Source: a virus (lineage: Duplodnaviria; Caudoviricetes). Taken from it: a stretch of 64,000 nt of DNA. Position numbers and translations under genes: made by a program. The stretch's first letter is position 1. Every line of letters starts with the position of its first letter. This document shows, in pieces, positions 60,082 to 64,000 of the stretch. The stretch lies in the IMG/VR virus record IMGVR_UViG_3300021167_000098, positions 30,499-94,498 of that record; one strand, given 5' to 3'. The notes below the pieces were generated by a model. The model saw only the letters and a list, made by a program, of their open reading frames with translations. It did not search any database and was not told where the DNA came from.

Positions 60082-60423
60082 TTATTTTGATTTATTAATT
60101 TGTTTAAATTCTCTTCTCTTACTAAAGAGTATTTCTGTCTTCTCTCTTAGTTCAGCTTTATCTATCTTACCTTCTTTATACTTGCAGACAAATGTTCTTA
60201 GTCTGGCAAGTACTCTTTTCTCAGTAGTATAAAAGCTTCCAAAGTGATGTAACAGAATCTTGTTTAGATTATTAGGATTAGTAAGTTCTTGCTTCAAAGA
60301 CATAAACATATGTCTTATCATTTTACCTACATCATCATAAGAAACTCCTGTTTCATCAGATACTTCTTTAAATATCCTATGAATAGTTTCTGATTGCCAA
60401 AAAGAGTGTTGTTTAAATATCAT
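60082..60423 (-). CDS. HU/IHF-like DNA-binding protein
   Basis: IFKEVSDETGVSYDDV..MI..MF..LKQEL......ILLHHFGSF. Confidence 0.65.
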   Translation of the reverse strand: MIFKQHSFWQSETIHRIFKEVSDETGVSYDDVGKMIRHMFMSLKQELTNPNNLNKILLHHFGSFYTTEKRVLARLRTFVCKYKEGKIDKAELREKTEILFSKRREFKQINKSK

Positions 60424-60823
60424 GAGACAAAGATATAAAAAAACTTAATTTACCATCTCCTTTCTTTAAAAAAGGTGGAATATCTAATTTACCATTCTTA
60501 TCTGTCATAATCCATTTCTTTTTCTTCAAAATAGATTTATAGATATAAACTCCTCTATTCTCTAAAGTCAATCCATCTACTTCCTGTAATCTTTTAGTTG
60601 CTTCAGGAGTATTCAGATCAACACCCATATTATATAAGAATACAAGATTATAATAAAATACCTTTTCTTTCTTTGTTAATCTATTTTCCTTTGGAATATA
60701 AGATAGTTCAAAGATAGAGTAAAGCTTCTCAATATAATCCAATCCATATGTTGGATATTTAAAACTAAATCCTACCTGATTTTCCTTGTTCATCTTTGAT
60801 TTATTAAAATATATTACCTTCAA
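60413..60823 (-). CDS. Hypothetical protein (possible winged helix); true start may be ATG 60793
   Basis: First gene of the minus-strand block; LTKKE...YKSILKKKKWI pattern. Confidence 0.5.
   Translation of the reverse strand: MKVIYFNKSKMNKENQVGFSFKYPTYGLDYIEKLYSIFELSYIPKENRLTKKEKVFYYNLVFLYNMGVDLNTPEATKRLQEVDGLTLENRGVYIYKSILKKKKWIMTDKNGKLDIPPFLKKGDGKLSFFISLSHDI
60428..60435 (-). promoter_or_regulatory. Bacteroidota -7 promoter-like element TATCTTTG
   Basis: Minus strand TATATCTTTGTCTCATG, immediately before the ATG of the HU-like gene. Confidence 0.4.
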
Positions 60824-60848
60824 ACATTCTCAATTTCAAAAAAGTTCA

Positions 60849-60856
60849 TATCTTTG
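60849..60856 (+). promoter_or_regulatory. Bacteroidota -7 promoter element TATCTTTG (TAnnTTTG)
   Basis: Lies at the strand-divergence point, 34 nt before ATG 60890. Confidence 0.6.
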
Positions 60857-60889
60857 TTTAAATTTTATAAACCTTTAAATAAATTAAAC

Positions 60890-61717
60890 ATGGTTTACTT
60901 TAGAAAACTTAAACATTCTTACTTCAATGATAAAGGAGAAACCTATTTATCAGTAACTACTTTCCTTAAAAGATTCAAGGAAGACTATGATGAAGAGTAT
61001 TGGTTAAGCTATAAAGCACTGGAAGCTGTAAGAAATAACTTTCAAATAGATCCTGAAACTGGTAAGTATGCTAAGATGCCTGGATTCTATAGATCAGTAG
61101 TTAAATATCCTGATATAAGACATGCTGTTAAACCATCAGAACAATTCTTATTTGATCAAACCAGATTAGAACTTAAAAATAGTTGGGAAGATAATAGAGT
61201 TAAAGCTACTGACTTTGGAACCTCATACCATAAGATGAATGAAGATAGAGATAATGCTTCTGGGATAGTTTTGAACCCAACTAACAATACTGGATATTTT
61301 GTTGATCCATTAGTAGATTGTCCAGAAGATAACTGTACCAGATTAATTTTACCAAATCATTGTTATCTAGAACTACTTATACACTCAGACAAACATATGA
61401 TTGCTGGTCAATCAGATAAAGTATTCTTTATCAATGATATAGACTTTCAAATAAGAGATTTCAAAACAAATTCAGAGCTGAAGAATACTTCTTTTAATAA
61501 TAAAAAGATGAAGTTTCCATTTAATACTCTTGAAGATCATACAGTTAATCACTATGCTATACAGTTAGGATTATATGCTTACATGCTGGAATTACAAGGG
61601 TATGTATGTACAGGATTGTTTATAGATCACTATGAAAAACCTATTGAAGTAAAATATTATAAAGAAATGATAGAAGAAGCTATGAAGATTAGAGAAATAG
61701 AATTATCTTTGTCTTAA
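60890..61717 (+). CDS. PD-(D/E)XK-superfamily nuclease
   Basis: YLSVTT, GTSYH, E...IAGQSD...IRDFKT and YAIQLGLY motifs. ATG 60890 is preferred over TTG 60854, which overlaps the promoter motif. Confidence 0.85.
   Translation: MVYFRKLKHSYFNDKGETYLSVTTFLKRFKEDYDEEYWLSYKALEAVRNNFQIDPETGKYAKMPGFYRSVVKYPDIRHAVKPSEQFLFDQTRLELKNSWEDNRVKATDFGTSYHKMNEDRDNASGIVLNPTNNTGYFVDPLVDCPEDNCTRLILPNHCYLELLIHSDKHMIAGQSDKVFFINDIDFQIRDFKTNSELKNTSFNNKKMKFPFNTLEDHTVNHYAIQLGLYAYMLELQGYVCTGLFIDHYEKPIEVKYYKEMIEEAMKIREIELSLS
61704..61711 (+). promoter_or_regulatory. Bacteroidota -7 promoter element TATCTTTG
   Basis: TATCTTTGTCTTAAATT, nearly identical in context to the 60849 site, 27 nt before the Tad1-like ATG. Confidence 0.55.
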
Positions 61718-61737
61718 ATTAATTAAAAATAAATAAA

Positions 61738-62082
61738 ATGATGAATCCAAAACACATAATTAGCAATACTGATATGGTATCTGTTAGTTATAATGTACCA
61801 ACCTACAAGATTACTGAAGAAGGATTAGTAGATGCTGGTAATATTAATATTGACTTCTGTAAAGGAAGTAAAGACAATCCTGCTATTCCAAGACAGGAAG
61901 GAGTATTAACTGAAACATTACTTGAAGTATGTAGACAATATCTTACAGGAGTTAATATAGGAGAAATGTCTAGTAGAGAAACTTCTATGGCTATCACTAA
62001 GATTGATGAAGCTTTACTGTGGATAGATAAAAGAAGACAAGATAGAGAATTAAGAAATGTATTATCAACTTATAATAAATAA
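61738..62082 (+). CDS. tad1: Tad1-like anti-defence nucleotide sponge
   Basis: IDFCKG...QEGVLTETLLEVCRQYL....SSRETSMAITKIDEALLWIDKRRQDRELRNVLST aligns by eye with the Tad1 pattern as I recall it (IxFQKG...QxGV...LLEIVRDRL...SSRENA.A.T..EEAL.W...R..DR..RNVLGT). Confidence 0.75.
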   Translation: MMNPKHIISNTDMVSVSYNVPTYKITEEGLVDAGNINIDFCKGSKDNPAIPRQEGVLTETLLEVCRQYLTGVNIGEMSSRETSMAITKIDEALLWIDKRRQDRELRNVLSTYNK

Positions 62083-62085
62083 ATA

Positions 62086-62877
62086 ATGAGCAATAGATAT
62101 ATAAGTAAACCAGAGATAATAGAAGCCATACAATATGATGGTACTAATGCTGATAAATTAAAGAAATTAGATACTGATAGACAAGCTATCTTAATAGATG
62201 GAAAAGGATTGTATCTAAGACATTTTGATGAATTTGATTTCTTAATATGTGAAGAAGGGATTGGTAAAGAAGATTGGTTAGTAAGATATGAAGATGGTGA
62301 AACATTAGAATTATTTACTGATGATGAATTTAAAGAATGCTTCTTAAAAATGTCAGAGAAACATATGGATCATGCAACTGGATGGTTAAGTGATTTCATA
62401 AAACAGAGAGAAATAGATATTGATGAAACTGTATCTACTTATTTAACAAGTAAGATTAAGCAACTTGAAGATAATAATTTAGGTATTGTAGTAATGATAG
62501 ATGCAGACAGTATTCCAGAAGGAATAGATCCACTTGATTATTGTGAAAGCTTTAAAAATATAGCAGATCATGATCTACCTCAAGGAGTTAAGAGATTAAA
62601 TCTTAATAATAATAAAGATATTGCATATTATAAGCAACAGTTAAATAATATTGGTGGAAGATGGGCAGAACCTAATTCTACATTTGAGGATAATGTTCAA
62701 AAACTTAAAGAACAAAGAGAAGTAAATAAAAGAATTCAGAACTATTTTGATAATAGTAAAACAGTACATGAAAGACTTGATGAAAAAATAAAACAATATT
62801 CTGAGTTTAAATTTTCCAAGTTTCTACAATCATTAAAGCAATTAATAAAGGAGGTTGAAGATGATACCAGCAAATGA
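62086..62877 (+). CDS. Hypothetical protein with N-terminal KP.(V/I)IEA.Q(Y/F).G.N phage domain
   Basis: RYISKPEIIEAIQYDGTN...DWLV...F...F resembles a widespread small phage domain of unknown function. Confidence 0.55.
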   Translation: MSNRYISKPEIIEAIQYDGTNADKLKKLDTDRQAILIDGKGLYLRHFDEFDFLICEEGIGKEDWLVRYEDGETLELFTDDEFKECFLKMSEKHMDHATGWLSDFIKQREIDIDETVSTYLTSKIKQLEDNNLGIVVMIDADSIPEGIDPLDYCESFKNIADHDLPQGVKRLNLNNNKDIAYYKQQLNNIGGRWAEPNSTFEDNVQKLKEQREVNKRIQNYFDNSKTVHERLDEKIKQYSEFKFSKFLQSLKQLIKEVEDDTSK

Positions 62878-63046
62878 TGTAGAAGTAGAAAGTGTACCAA
62901 TAGGAGAAATGTGGTATGTAAGATTAGAACATAAACCAACAGGAACATTAATATCTGGTTCAGCAGACTCTGAATATATGGCTAAAGAAATAGCTTTTGA
63001 AAAATTAGTAACCAAATTAAAACAAATTAAATATGAAATTGATTAA
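62861..63046 (+). CDS. Small protein resembling release factor domain 3 without the GGQ loop
   Basis: IPANDVEVE...VRLEHKPTG...SEYMAKEIAFEKL; ATG 62861 is preceded by AAGGAGG. Confidence 0.5.
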   Translation: MIPANDVEVESVPIGEMWYVRLEHKPTGTLISGSADSEYMAKEIAFEKLVTKLKQIKYEID

Positions 63047-63632
63047 AGCATTAACTAGTATATGGAACTGGTTAGTAGGATTGTTTAAATCCAAAAAAGT
63101 AGAAACATCTGAAATAGATGAAAATGGATATGAAATTACTTATGAAGATGGAAAACAAACTTCTGTTAGAAAGGCTGGAACATTAACTACTAGATTAGTA
63201 AGTGAATTTAAAGTACCAGATCCTACTCCTGAACCAAGAGAAGATTATACTTCTAATAAAGGAGTAACTGATCTAGGAACTGTAGAACTAGAAACAGATG
63301 TAGTAGTGACTGAAGCTGATATGAAAGCATTAGAAGCTACTGGTAGATTAGAACAATTTGAGAAAGATTATGGACCAAAGATTCCTATCTCTATGGATGC
63401 AGAAAGATTAGTAGGAACTCCATTTGAACAACCTCCTACTATCAGTTTATCTGAAGCAATAAATAATCATAAACCTAAAAGAAGGTATAATAAAAGGAAA
63501 CCCAGAGCTGGTAGTATGACTGAGAAACCTAAAGTAACTAAAGAAGAAACTCAGGTAAAAGCTGAACAAGCAGTTACAGCTGTTAAACCTAAGAAGAAAA
63601 GAAACTACTATAAAAAGAAATCTAATGAGTAA
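63033..63632 (+). CDS. Hypothetical protein with amphipathic N-terminus and basic C-terminal repeats
   Basis: MKLIKALTSIWNWLVGLF; KPKRRYNKRKP and KPKKKRNYYKKK. Confidence 0.6.
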   Translation: MKLIKALTSIWNWLVGLFKSKKVETSEIDENGYEITYEDGKQTSVRKAGTLTTRLVSEFKVPDPTPEPREDYTSNKGVTDLGTVELETDVVVTEADMKALEATGRLEQFEKDYGPKIPISMDAERLVGTPFEQPPTISLSEAINNHKPKRRYNKRKPRAGSMTEKPKVTKEETQVKAEQAVTAVKPKKKRNYYKKKSNE

Positions 63633-63876
63633 AGTATATTTGTTTAGTAATGCTAAGACTTGTCCACCATGTACATTTCTTAGACAAGAATTAGATAATA
63701 CTGTACCTAATTGGCAAGACAAAGTAGAATATGTAGATCTTAATAAAGCATTAAGTGAGGAACAAGAAGCATTAAAAGTTAAATTAGGCATAAGAAGTAT
63801 TCCTGCATTAGCAGATGAGAATGGAGTACTAGGAGTAGGTTTTGGAAGTATCTACAATTACATTAGAAGATTATAA
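63625..63876 (+). CDS. Thioredoxin/glutaredoxin-like protein
   Basis: CPPC redox motif and GIRSIP cis-Pro loop. Confidence 0.85.
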   Translation: MSKVYLFSNAKTCPPCTFLRQELDNTVPNWQDKVEYVDLNKALSEEQEALKVKLGIRSIPALADENGVLGVGFGSIYNYIRRL

Positions 63877-63896
63877 GTTAATAAGTTATTTAAATT

Positions 63897-63932
63897 AAAA
63901 AGCCTGGAGATTTTACTTTCCAGGCTTTTTTT
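63897..63932 (+). terminator. Intrinsic terminator, probably bidirectional
   Basis: AAAAAGCCTGGA-GATTTTACTT-TCCAGGCTTTTTTT between the converging plus-strand operon and the tRNA. Confidence 0.85.
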
Positions 63933-63977
63933 GTAACATCTAACTAACTGAGTGATGGTTACATAGTTTTTAATTTG

Positions 63978-64000
63978 TTGCGGGGGAAGGACTTGAACCT
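63978..64000 (-). tRNA. 3' end of a tRNA (T-arm and acceptor strand), likely initiator Met; truncated by the window edge
   Basis: Minus strand AGGTTCAAGTCCTTCCCCCGCAA: GGTTCAAGTCC T-loop and CCCCGCAA as in tRNA-fMet. No encoded CCA; the anticodon is outside the window. Confidence 0.7.

Noticed and set aside
60890-61717. Nuclease as Cas4 or part of a CRISPR system
   Set aside because: No CRISPR array or other cas genes, and the C-terminal Cys triplet of the Cas4 Fe-S site is not evident; a generic PD-(D/E)XK call is safer.
16208-63791. Small same-strand or antisense overlapping ORFs (16208, 33754, 58342, 60014, 61803, 62742, 63447)
   Set aside because: Each overlaps better-supported genes almost entirely and lacks independent motifs.

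Overview
A 64-kb, AT-rich (about 30% GC by eye), strongly CG-depleted fragment of a crAss-like (Crassvirales-type) podophage, most likely infecting Bacteroidota. Positions 1-60823 carry the structural module on the minus strand in crAss-like order. In transcription order: small conserved genes (HU/IHF-like, GroES-like, DUF1573-like), terminase large subunit with a class 3 LAGLIDADG intein, portal, scaffold-like protein, major capsid protein, ring and auxiliary capsid proteins, a long Cys-rich/Ig-like/collagen fibre block containing an M10+M15 peptidase lipoprotein, a metallophosphoesterase, IHF-like, tail tubular and muzzle genes, and the ejected cargo proteins. The last cargo gene is missing from the ORF track. 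It is a single reading frame of more than 4,590 codons from ATG 13790 running off the left edge, with a virion RNA polymerase motif (GSDFDVDKLY), a zincin motif (HESWH) and an internal array of three repeat-bounded variable cassettes, one resembling an ADP-ribosyltransferase. Positions 60890-63876 form a short plus-strand operon with Bacteroidota-type promoter motifs: PD-(D/E)XK nuclease, Tad1-like anti-defence sponge, a GGQ-less release-factor-like domain and a thioredoxin. A terminator and the 3' end of a tRNA follow. All family assignments come from motifs and gene order read by eye; no database search was run.
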